Shown here one piece after another: positions 1 to 7,257 of a stretch of 64,000 bases of DNA (the first letter of the stretch is position 1; each line of letters starts with the position of its first letter). The notes under the pieces were generated by a model that searched no databases, was not told where the DNA came from, and worked only from the letters and a program-made list of their open reading frames with translations. The stretch is from NCBI GenBank assembly GCA_045534575.1, contig JAZSJZ010000006.1, positions 14,374 to 78,373 of the forward strand, in the 5' to 3' direction. Origin of the DNA: Christensenellaceae bacterium (GTDB lineage: Bacteria > Bacillota > Clostridia > Christensenellales > Borkfalkiaceae). Made by a program: the position numbers and the translations under genes.

Positions 1-3
1 TAT

Positions 4-189
4 TTAGTCGTTATCATCCTTATTTTTTATTTCTTTTTCAACTTCTTCAAGGTCTTTAACGATTGACTCAATGAGTTCGTCTTCCGTCATATTCTCTCGC
101 TCTTTGGCTCTTTTCTCTCTTCTATCATATAAGTCTTGAAGTTCTTTTTTATAATCTTCTAATATTTTATTTAGCGTTTCTTGATCCAT
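4..189 (-). CDS. hypothetical small charged protein (61 aa)
   Basis: Complete ORF in track; K/E/D-rich, probably helical; weak AAGGG RBS about 7 nt upstream; no family recognised. Confidence 0.3.
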   Translation of the reverse strand: MDQETLNKILEDYKKELQDLYDRREKRAKERENMTEDELIESIVKDLEEVEKEIKNKDDND

Positions 190-229
190 AATTTACCCTT
201 TTATTTTTTTTGGTTTACAAAATAAATTG

Positions 230-1300
230 TTAGTTCTTAATTGCTTTTAAAATTAGTTTTCTTAAATAAATGTAGAGATAGCACGCGCCAACAATTAAAA
301 TGAATAAACTAATAATGAACAGCCATCTAACAAAAAGCGGTTCTTTAACAAATTTATTCATAAAGAAAAGAATAATATTGCTAATTAGTAAAAACGCAAG
401 CGAGTGCTTTCCCGCAAGTTCTAAAATTTTGAAATTCTTTATTAATTTGCTAAGAAGGAAGTAACAATAAATTACGAAGAACGGTCCAATTACCCAGGTT
501 AGGCTTGGCGGAAATCTTGACGGGAAAAAGCCAAAATGAATAAGGTAAACTAGTAACATTAGCGAGCAGAAAAGCGAAATGAAGAAAAGTTTAATATCAA
601 AAACAATATTATGTTCGCTAAGATAAAAGCCTATTAAAAAGTAAAAGCCGTATTGAATAATTGGGAAGCAGTTAAACCTTAAAGTGCCAACGAACACACC
701 GAAAAAGTCGCTAGTTACGGTTGCGTAGTTAAACCCGGTAAAGGCAAGGCATAAAAGCACAACGATAACAAACTTTATCTTGTTTTGAACGAGTTTCTTT
801 ATTGGCTTAAAAAGAAAAATATTTGCTAGGAACACGAAAGCAAAACTTACCAAAAATTCGCTAAAGCCAGGGATATTTCTTATCAAAATTAAATCAACAA
901 TATTCACAAAATGCGCATTTTGAAGTAGAAGAAGGCTAAACGTTCCCGAAACGTAAAACGCAAGAAGCGTTTTAATAAACCCAATTAGCATTCTTTTTTC
1001 GGCGTTTTCTTTGTTAGAATAGGCAAGTGGAAAAACAAAGCCAAGGCAAAACATAAACCCCGAAAACGAGGTTAGGCTAACGAAAACCGTGAAAGGCGTG
1101 TCGATAAGCATTTCCCCCGTTTCTAGCGTTTTTGGATAAAACATAAACACGTGGCATAAAATCATTAAAAAGACCATTATGCCTTTCATAACGTCAATGC
1201 TGTTGTCCCTATTTGGTTGTAATTTAGAATAGTAACCCATAATCACTTCAATTATAGCATAATTTAAAAATAAATCAATAACTTTAATCTTTTTTGACAC
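230..1300 (-). CDS. integral membrane acyltransferase (acyltransferase-3 / DUF1624-like)
   Basis: 356 aa, about 10 hydrophobic spans; N-terminal NRDNSIDVMKGIMVFLMILCH resembles the R..D.lKG....H signature of membrane O-acyltransferases. Confidence 0.5.
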   Translation of the reverse strand: MSKKIKVIDLFLNYAIIEVIMGYYSKLQPNRDNSIDVMKGIMVFLMILCHVFMFYPKTLETGEMLIDTPFTVFVSLTSFSGFMFCLGFVFPLAYSNKENAEKRMLIGFIKTLLAFYVSGTFSLLLLQNAHFVNIVDLILIRNIPGFSEFLVSFAFVFLANIFLFKPIKKLVQNKIKFVIVVLLCLAFTGFNYATVTSDFFGVFVGTLRFNCFPIIQYGFYFLIGFYLSEHNIVFDIKLFFISLFCSLMLLVYLIHFGFFPSRFPPSLTWVIGPFFVIYCYFLLSKLIKNFKILELAGKHSLAFLLISNIILFFMNKFVKEPLFVRWLFIISLFILIVGACYLYIYLRKLILKAIKN

Positions 1301-1404
1301 GCAACAGCATTTTTTTGCAAAATTTTATTAAAACCGCTCAAAATTTATAACTTTAACTATTTTTCGTTTGACTTTTTAAACGAACCATTATATTATTGTA
1401 TTAA

Positions 1405-1420
1405 GTTAGCAATGGCTAAC
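1405..1420. promoter_or_regulatory. palindrome GTTAGC-AATG-GCTAAC, candidate metalloregulator operator upstream of feoA
   Basis: Perfect 6-bp arms. Half-sites match the GTTAGC/GCTAAC core of DtxR/IdeR-type operators but the spacing differs. A DtxR-family gene lies at 4150-4515. Confidence 0.3.
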
Positions 1421-1438
1421 AAGCGCTTTGGAGGAGAA

Positions 1439-1657
1439 ATGAACGTAAGCATTGCCGAAATTGGAAAAGAATATATCATAAAAAGCGTTGAAACTTTCGA
1501 TGAAGAACTTAATGCTTTTTTGTTTTCGCTCGGCTGTTACAGTGGCGAGCCGATAACTCTTGTTGCCAAGCGTAACAAAGGGTTTGTGGTTGCCATTAAA
1601 GACGCTAGATATAGCATTGACCTAGCCCTTGCCAAAGCCATTATTTTAGAAGAATAA
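1439..1657 (+). CDS. feoA: ferrous iron transport protein A (FeoA)
   Basis: Small SH3-like FeoA-type protein upstream of feoB. Start moved to ATG 1439, preceded by GGAGGAG; the track start 1412 lies inside the palindrome. Confidence 0.8.
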   Translation: MNVSIAEIGKEYIIKSVETFDEELNAFLFSLGCYSGEPITLVAKRNKGFVVAIKDARYSIDLALAKAIILEE

Positions 1658-1827
1658 ATTAGTTCTTATTTTTTTGTGGCTTTGTTAGCCATAACTAACT
1701 AAACTAAAAACCGATTAGAATAGGTTTAAAAGAACTTGTCTAATATTGCAAGAAAGTTATGGTGCAAAAAGGTATTTTAAAAAAAGAGGGGCAATATATT
1801 AAGGTATAAACGACGATGGAGGAGAAG

Positions 1828-3828
1828 ATGAGAATTGCGCTAGCGGGCAATCCTAACAGCGGAAAAACGACTATGTTCAACGCGCTAACAGGAAGCAGTG
1901 AAAAGGTTGGCAACTGGGCGGGCGTTACCGTTGAGAAAAAGGAACGAAAAATTAAAAAATCGTTTTTCAACGGCAGTTTGGATTTGGTTGCGGTTGACCT
2001 TCCGGGGGCGTATTCAATGTCGCCGTTTACCGTGGAGGAGAGCGTTACGAGTTCCTACGTTAAAGAAAACAAGCCCGACGTTATCATTAACATTGTGGAT
2101 TCATCTAACCTATCTCGCAGTTTGTTTTTCACAACGCAACTTCTAGAACTTAACGTTCCACTAGTTATTGCGCTTAACAAGGTTGATACGCTAAAGAAAA
2201 AGCACACCGAAATTGACGTTAAAAAACTAGAAGAGCGTTTAGGTTGCCCCGTTGTTGAAACGGTTTCAACTTCTAACGAGGGCTTGAAGGAATTGGTAGC
2301 GAAGGCAATTTCTATCAAGGGTTTAAAGCAAAAACCGCCGTTTGAACAAGGCGAAATTGATTTAACCGATAGAAAAGCCGTTGAAAGCGCTGATAGGGCG
2401 CGCTTTGCGTTCGTAAACGGCGTTGTTAAACAGGTTGAAAAGCGAGAAGTTCTCACTAAAAACGCAACTTGGCAAGATAGATTAGACGACGTTTTAACAA
2501 ACAAGTGGCTAGGGCTTCCTATCTTTGCCGTCGTTATGTTCTTGGTGTTTGGAATATCGCAAGCCTGGCTCGGTCCTTTAGTTGCCGACCTATTCGTTGG
2601 CGTTTTAGAAAGTGGGCAAAACTTGGTTGCAAACGCGCTTTTAAACGAGGCGGGCGAACTTGGAATTTGGGCTTCTATCCTCGTTGACGGCGTTATAGGC
2701 GGGGTAATTGCGGTTATTAGTTTTTTGCCACTTGTTATGATAATGTATTTTTTAATCGCGCTTTTAGAAGATTGCGGTTATATGGCAAGGGCTTCCGTAG
2801 TTCTAGACCCTATCTTTAAAAGGGTGGGGCTATCGGGCAAATCGATTATTCCGTTCGTTGTTGGAACGGGTTGCACAATCCCCGGCGTTATGGCGTGCAG
2901 AACGATAAGAAACGAACGTGAAAGGCGCGCTACCGCTATGCTTACTCCTTTTATGCCGTGCGGGGCAAAACTTCCTGTTATCGCTCTTTTTGCCGGCGTT
3001 TTCTTCAGTGATTCGGCGTGGGTTGGGGTAACGATGTATTTTATGGGCATTTCAATAATTTTATTAGGCGCAATGCTCATAAATCTTATAACGGGGCATA
3101 AGGCAAGAAAATCGTTCTTTATTATTGAACTTCCCGAATATAGAGCGCCAAGTTTATGGGGCGCGGTAAAATCAATGGTTTCGCGCGGGTGGTCGTATAT
3201 CGTAAAAGCGGGCACGATTATTCTCGTTTGCAACTTCGTAATTCACGTTATGCAAACGTTCAACTGGCGGTTTGAAGCCGTTGAGGCGAGCCAATCTATC
3301 CTTCACGACGTTGCTACCCCTTTTGCTTTCGTTATTGCTCCTATTTTGGGCGTTTGCGCTTGGCAGTTTGCGGCGGCTACTATAACGGGCTTTATTGCAA
3401 AAGAAAACGTTGTTGGAACGCTCGCCGTTTGCTATAGCATAACTAATTTTATCAATATTGACGAGTTGATTTTGGAAAGCGGTTCGGCGGAAGTTGCTAT
3501 GGTGTTTGGAATAACTAAGGTTGCAGGTCTTGCCTTTTTGGCGTTTAACCTTTTCTCACCGCCATGCTTTGCCGCAATAGGCGCGATGAACGCTGAAATG
3601 AAATCAAAAAAATGGTTGTGGGCGGGCATATTGTTGCAACTTGCAGTTGGCTTTACCGTTTCGTTCTTGATTTTCTTCTTCGGCTCGCTCTTTACGGGCG
3701 CTTCCTTTGGCGAAGTGTGGATGCCAATAGTCGGCTGGCTCATCGTCGGGCTAATAGTTGCGATAATTACATATCTTATCATAAAAAAGAAAAAGGAACT
3801 AAAAGCCGAGGCTTTTTTAAAGGGCTAA
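1828..3828 (+). CDS. feoB: ferrous iron transporter FeoB (G-domain plus permease)
   Basis: MRIALAGNPNSGKTTMFNALTG G1 motif, DLPG, NKVD, then a polytopic membrane domain. ATG 1828 has GGAGG 5 nt upstream; the track start 1816 is also possible. Confidence 0.95.
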   Translation: MRIALAGNPNSGKTTMFNALTGSSEKVGNWAGVTVEKKERKIKKSFFNGSLDLVAVDLPGAYSMSPFTVEESVTSSYVKENKPDVIINIVDSSNLSRSLFFTTQLLELNVPLVIALNKVDTLKKKHTEIDVKKLEERLGCPVVETVSTSNEGLKELVAKAISIKGLKQKPPFEQGEIDLTDRKAVESADRARFAFVNGVVKQVEKREVLTKNATWQDRLDDVLTNKWLGLPIFAVVMFLVFGISQAWLGPLVADLFVGVLESGQNLVANALLNEAGELGIWASILVDGVIGGVIAVISFLPLVMIMYFLIALLEDCGYMARASVVLDPIFKRVGLSGKSIIPFVVGTGCTIPGVMACRTIRNERERRATAMLTPFMPCGAKLPVIALFAGVFFSDSAWVGVTMYFMGISIILLGAMLINLITGHKARKSFFIIELPEYRAPSLWGAVKSMVSRGWSYIVKAGTIILVCNFVIHVMQTFNWRFEAVEASQSILHDVATPFAFVIAPILGVCAWQFAAATITGFIAKENVVGTLAVCYSITNFINIDELILESGSAEVAMVFGITKVAGLAFLAFNLFSPPCFAAIGAMNAEMKSKKWLWAGILLQLAVGFTVSFLIFFFGSLFTGASFGEVWMPIVGWLIVGLIVAIITYLIIKKKKELKAEAFLKG

Positions 3829-3829
3829 A

Positions 3830-4027
3830 ATGGGAAACGCTGAAATTATCGCATTAGTTGTTGTAGCCGTCGTTATCGGGCTTGCAACGTTTTATATTTT
3901 AAAAACCAAAAAAGGTCAACGAAAGTGCATAGGTTGCCCAAGCAGGGGCGAGTGCAATAAAAAATCAAAAGATAATAAGGTTTGCGCTTGTTGCCAACAG
4001 AATAAAACCAAAGAAAAAGAAAACTAA
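3830..4027 (+). CDS. FeoB-associated Cys-rich membrane protein
   Basis: 65 aa, one N-terminal TM helix then a CIGCPSRGEC...CACC cysteine cluster; starts 2 nt after the feoB stop. Confidence 0.7.
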   Translation: MGNAEIIALVVVAVVIGLATFYILKTKKGQRKCIGCPSRGECNKKSKDNKVCACCQQNKTKEKEN

Positions 4028-4081
4028 GTAATACGCTTGCATTGCTAAGAACCTAAAAACTTAAAATTAAAATAAACAAAA

Positions 4082-4125
4082 AGAGCAAACAAACAAGATT
4101 AAACTTGCGTGTTTGCTCTTTCTTT
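4082..4125. terminator. hairpin between convergent feo operon and dtxR-like gene
   Basis: AGAGCAAAC ... GTTTGCTCT 9-bp stem with a long loop, T-rich flank. Confidence 0.4.
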
Positions 4126-4149
4126 AAAATATTTGATTAGTTTTAAACT

Positions 4150-4515
4150 TTAGTTCTTTTCGTTAAACTCTTTTAAGGTTTGCATAAGTTCTTGAGATAT
4201 AACGTGTTCAACACGGCAGGCGTTTTCTTCTGCAACCGATTTTTCCGCACCCATTTTAACAAAAACTTCGGTAATAATTTTATGGCGTTCATAAATCTCG
4301 GTCGAGTGCGTCAAGCCTTTTTTCGTAAGTTTTATTTCGCCTTGAGGAGAAATAGTAATAAACTCGGCTTTTTGCAACAGCCCCACCGCTCTAGATACGC
4401 TGGCTCTTGAATATTCAAGTTCGTTAGCGATATCAACTGAATAGACGCTTGATTTCTTTTTCGTCAATAATAAAATCGTCTCTAAATACATTTCTTGCGA
4501 CTCGCGGTATTTCAT
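4150..4515 (-). CDS. DtxR/MntR-family metal-dependent transcriptional repressor
   Basis: 121 aa; SQEMYLETILLL...SVDIANELEYSRASVSRAVGLLQK wHTH plus a helical dimerisation/metal domain; no SH3-like tail. Confidence 0.8.
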   Translation of the reverse strand: MKYRESQEMYLETILLLTKKKSSVYSVDIANELEYSRASVSRAVGLLQKAEFITISPQGEIKLTKKGLTHSTEIYERHKIITEVFVKMGAEKSVAEENACRVEHVISQELMQTLKEFNEKN

Positions 4516-4634
4516 ATTTCCCCCAAAAAACTATCGTTGATAATATTATATAACAAAAATTTGCATTTGTAAAGACTTAAATAAAATTTGCTGTTTTTAA
4601 CTTAGTTTTAATCAGTCGAATATAATTAAAATCT

Positions 4635-4681
4635 TTGCAAAATTGTCGATAACGGGCTTATAGGTTAACTTTTTGCATATA
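4635..4681 (+). repeat. intergenic repeat copy a (core CGATAACGGGCTTATAGG at 4647-4664)
   Basis: 47-nt unit TTGCAAAA..CGATAACGGGCTTATAGG..CTTTTTGCATATA; 44/47 identical to 6781-6827; outer arms GCAAAA/TTTTGC. Confidence 0.85.
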
Positions 4682-4708
4682 TAAACGGATTGAAAATAAA
4701 AAATTTTA

Positions 4709-4733
4709 AGGGCTGACCAATTTGGTCAGCCCT
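4709..4733 (-). terminator. intrinsic terminator downstream of the ECF S-component gene
   Basis: AGGGCTGACC-AATTT-GGTCAGCCCT 10-bp perfect stem 13 nt after the stop; U-rich tract on the minus strand. Confidence 0.55.
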
Positions 4734-4745
4734 AATTTCTATTTA

Positions 4746-5273
4746 TTATCGTTTTAAAATTATTTTATTGTATAGTTTATAAATTCCAAAGCCCCAGCAT
4801 AGAACCATACCCAAAACCGCGCCTACAACAGCTTGCAAGATTTGATACGGCATTTTTAAAATTGCGTATTCGGGCGTGCTGTAAATAAAGGCTCTGCCTA
4901 AAGAATAGCCCACAACCATAATAATTGCGCCAATAAAAACTCCAATGCCTGAAGATATTTTTGGGTGTTTTTTCATAACGTAGTGAGAAAATACCGAAAT
5001 TACAACCGCTTGCAGTCCGTGAACGGCTAGTGAAACGAACATTGGTGTTGGGTAAAAGAACAAATCCCCTAAAAACGCTCCCACACCACCTACCATAAAC
5101 GCTGAAATAGGGTCTAGCATAATAGAGGCGAGGCATATTACGATATCGTTCATATAAAGATGACCTCCGGGAACTGGAACGCCGAACGAACTCATTGCAA
5201 TGTTGAGCGCCATAAACATTGCCGTAACGCAAAGAACGACGGTTGTTCTTTGCTTATTGTTTTTTGTTTGCAT
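4746..5273 (-). CDS. ECF-transporter substrate-specific (S) component, substrate unknown
   Basis: 175 aa, 5-6 TM helices, typical small S-component look. Its position divergent from a MocR/PdxR-like regulator hints at a vitamin B6-related substrate (inference). Confidence 0.55.
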   Translation of the reverse strand: MQTKNNKQRTTVVLCVTAMFMALNIAMSSFGVPVPGGHLYMNDIVICLASIMLDPISAFMVGGVGAFLGDLFFYPTPMFVSLAVHGLQAVVISVFSHYVMKKHPKISSGIGVFIGAIIMVVGYSLGRAFIYSTPEYAILKMPYQILQAVVGAVLGMVLCWGFGIYKLYNKIILKR

Positions 5274-5365
5274 TTTGAAATTCTCCTTGCAATTTTATTA
5301 AAAATATTATACAATATTTCTGGCTATATTAAAATAACCAAAAAAGGAGAATATTATATTACCAG

Positions 5366-6457
5366 ATGAAATACTTGCTTGATAAAACTATGCGCCCAGC
5401 GTATTTGCAAATTTATAAACTTATTCGAGAAGATATAATAAATGAAATTTATCCGTATAATAGCAAATTGCCGTCAAAGAGGCTTCTTAGCGAAGAACTT
5501 GGCGTTAGCACCATAACGGTCGAACATGCTTATGCGTTGCTTATAGACGAAGGATATATTGAGGCTAGAGAGCGAAGCGGTTTTTTCGTTATTTTTAAAA
5601 AGTGTGATGGTTTTGCCGTTTCAAATGAGGAGCTAACACATCACAAAATTGCATTGCAATCAAGTAACAGCCATCCAGATTTTCCTTTTTCATTGCTAGC
5701 AAAAACAATGCGAAAAGTTTTATTAGATTACGCCCAAGATATCCTTCAAAAATCTCCAAATCTAGGGTGCGATGAACTAAGGTGCGCCATTAAACAATAT
5801 CTTATTCGCAACCGAGGCATGAACGTAGATATCAATCAAATCGTTATAGGCTCTGGCGCGGAATATCTTTACGGGCTTATTATCGCTATGCTTGGAAGAG
5901 ATCAAATATATGCTATTGAATCGCCGTCCTATATGAAAATTGAACAAGTTTATAGCGCTGAAGGCGTGGAATATGAATTGCTTCCTTTAAAGCGCGACGG
6001 AATAGAAAGTATGGCGCTATCTCTAACAAAAGCAACCGTTCTTCACACAACGCCTTATAGAAGTTTTCCAACGGGCATAACGGCTTCGGCAAATAAACGG
6101 CACGAATACGTGCGCTGGGCAAAAGAAAATGGGCGAATTATTATTGAGGATGATTTCGAATCGGAGTTTTCAGTTTCGTCAAAGCCACAAGATACGCTTT
6201 TTTCTCTTTCATCGGATGATAACGTAATTTACCTTAACACGTTTTCGAAAACTATTTCTCCAGCGCTCCGCGTTGGCTATATGGTTCTTCCAAAGCGTTT
6301 AGTTGATAAGTTTGAGGAAAAACTTGGGTTTTACTCTTGCACCGTTCCAACGTTCGAACAATACGTTTTATATGAACTAATTAGTAGCGGCGATTTTGAA
6401 AGGCATATAAATCGCGTTAGAAGGCATAAGCGAAAAGAACTTGTTGTAAAAAATTAA
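5366..6457 (+). CDS. MocR-subfamily GntR regulator (wHTH plus aminotransferase-fold domain), apparently C-terminally short
   Basis: N-terminal GntR wHTH (KLPSKRLLSEELGVSTITVEHAY), fold-type-I domain with PLP lysine context NTFSKTISPALRVGY. Ends at HINRVRRHKRKEL, where family members normally continue for about 80-100 aa. Confidence 0.75.
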   Translation: MKYLLDKTMRPAYLQIYKLIREDIINEIYPYNSKLPSKRLLSEELGVSTITVEHAYALLIDEGYIEARERSGFFVIFKKCDGFAVSNEELTHHKIALQSSNSHPDFPFSLLAKTMRKVLLDYAQDILQKSPNLGCDELRCAIKQYLIRNRGMNVDINQIVIGSGAEYLYGLIIAMLGRDQIYAIESPSYMKIEQVYSAEGVEYELLPLKRDGIESMALSLTKATVLHTTPYRSFPTGITASANKRHEYVRWAKENGRIIIEDDFESEFSVSSKPQDTLFSLSSDDNVIYLNTFSKTISPALRVGYMVLPKRLVDKFEEKLGFYSCTVPTFEQYVLYELISSGDFERHINRVRRHKRKELVVKN

Positions 6458-6463
6458 AAATGC

Positions 6464-6481
6464 TGATAACGGGCTTATAGG
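6464..6481 (+). repeat. intergenic repeat copy b (TGATAACGGGCTTATAGG)
   Basis: Starts 7 nt after the MocR stop; its 3' G-run (ATAGGGGG) sits at RBS distance from the barstar ATG. Confidence 0.8.
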
Positions 6482-6492
6482 GGGACTATTAT

Positions 6493-6774
6493 ATGAAAAA
6501 GTATATTTTTGAAAGAGAAGAATTTAAGTGGGCGGAAGAATTTTATGAGGTTATTAAAAGAAAAATGGAATTGCCAGATTATTTTGGCTCTAATGCTGAC
6601 GCTCTTTGGGATATGTTGACGGGTTTTATTGAAACGCCGTGTGAAATTGTTTTAATTGGTTTTGATAGAGAAGAAAATGAATATAATAAAAATATGTTAA
6701 AACGAATTATCTCTTGTTTTGAAACGGCTGAAAAAGAGTTTCCAGATCAATTTAAAATTACGAAAATAAATTAA
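6493..6774 (+). CDS. barstar-family ribonuclease inhibitor (orphan)
   Basis: 93 aa; ELPDYFGSNADALWDMLTG closely matches the barstar core (LPEYYGENLDALWDCLTG). No barnase-like gene adjacent. Confidence 0.8.
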   Translation: MKKYIFEREEFKWAEEFYEVIKRKMELPDYFGSNADALWDMLTGFIETPCEIVLIGFDREENEYNKNMLKRIISCFETAEKEFPDQFKITKIN

Positions 6775-6780
6775 GTTTTT

Positions 6781-6827
6781 TTGCAAAATCTTCGATAACG
6801 GGCTTATAGGCTAACTTTTTGCATATA
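6781..6827 (+). repeat. intergenic repeat copy c (core CGATAACGGGCTTATAGG at 6793-6810)
   Basis: 47-nt unit, 3 mismatches to copy a; begins 7 nt after the barstar stop. Confidence 0.85.
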
Positions 6828-6902
6828 ATATATATAATTATGGAAAAGAAAAATTCTAAAAATCTGCAAAAGGAAAAAATTTTTAAAATTTGTTAAAAAT
6901 AG

Positions 6903-6931
6903 TTGACAACAAAAAAAATTAGTGCTAGAAT
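6903..6931 (+). promoter_or_regulatory. sigma-A-type promoter of the T-box operon
   Basis: TTGACA (6903-6908), 17 nt spacer, TAGAAT (6926-6931). Confidence 0.55.
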
Positions 6932-6937
6932 AACAAA

Positions 6938-7199
6938 AATTAAAAGGCTATGACGAAGACGGTTTGAAAAGGCGTTTCCAGAGAGTCGGTGGGTGGTGTG
7001 AACCGACAACAAGTTTTCAAAAACTTATCACTTCCGAGCCGAAACCCAAAAGCGAAAGCAAGTAGGCGTTTCCGTGAATCTGCGTAAATGAAGCGGAATT
7101 GTTAGATTCCTAAGTGGCGAAGAAATTCGCAATTTGAGTGGTACCACGAGTAGTATTTTACCCGTCTCAAAGTGTTCTTTGAGGCGGGTTTTGTTTTTT
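6938..7199 (+). promoter_or_regulatory. T-box leader (tRNA-sensing riboswitch), specifier best read as AUC (Ile)
   Basis: K-turn GACGAAG, AGAGAG, distal-loop GGUGUGAA, AGCGAAAGCAAGUAG, T-box GAGUGGUACCACGAG (7136-7150), terminator CCCGTCTCAAAG/CTTTGAGGCGGG plus T-run (7161-7199). AUC-A (7027-7030) lies directly 5' of CUUC, which pairs with GAAG 6955-6958. Confidence 0.85.
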
Positions 7200-7257
7200 G
7201 CCAAAGGTTTTAATTTTACCTTTCGGCTAGCCAAATCGGCAAAAAAGGAGAAAAAAA

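Noticed and set aside
1740-3857. Track ORFs overlapping feoB on the opposite strand or in other frames (1740-1970, 1898-2146, 2055-2504, 2505-2687, 2778-3233, 3432-3782, 3612-3857)
   Set aside because: All lie inside the strongly supported feoB frame, have no RBS and give low-complexity or odd-composition translations. They are shadow ORFs.
4777-5232. 151-aa alternative-frame ORF inside the ECF S-component gene
   Set aside because: Same strand but shifted frame, and the translation is Arg/Ser/Tyr-rich nonsense. The membrane-protein frame is clearly the real one.
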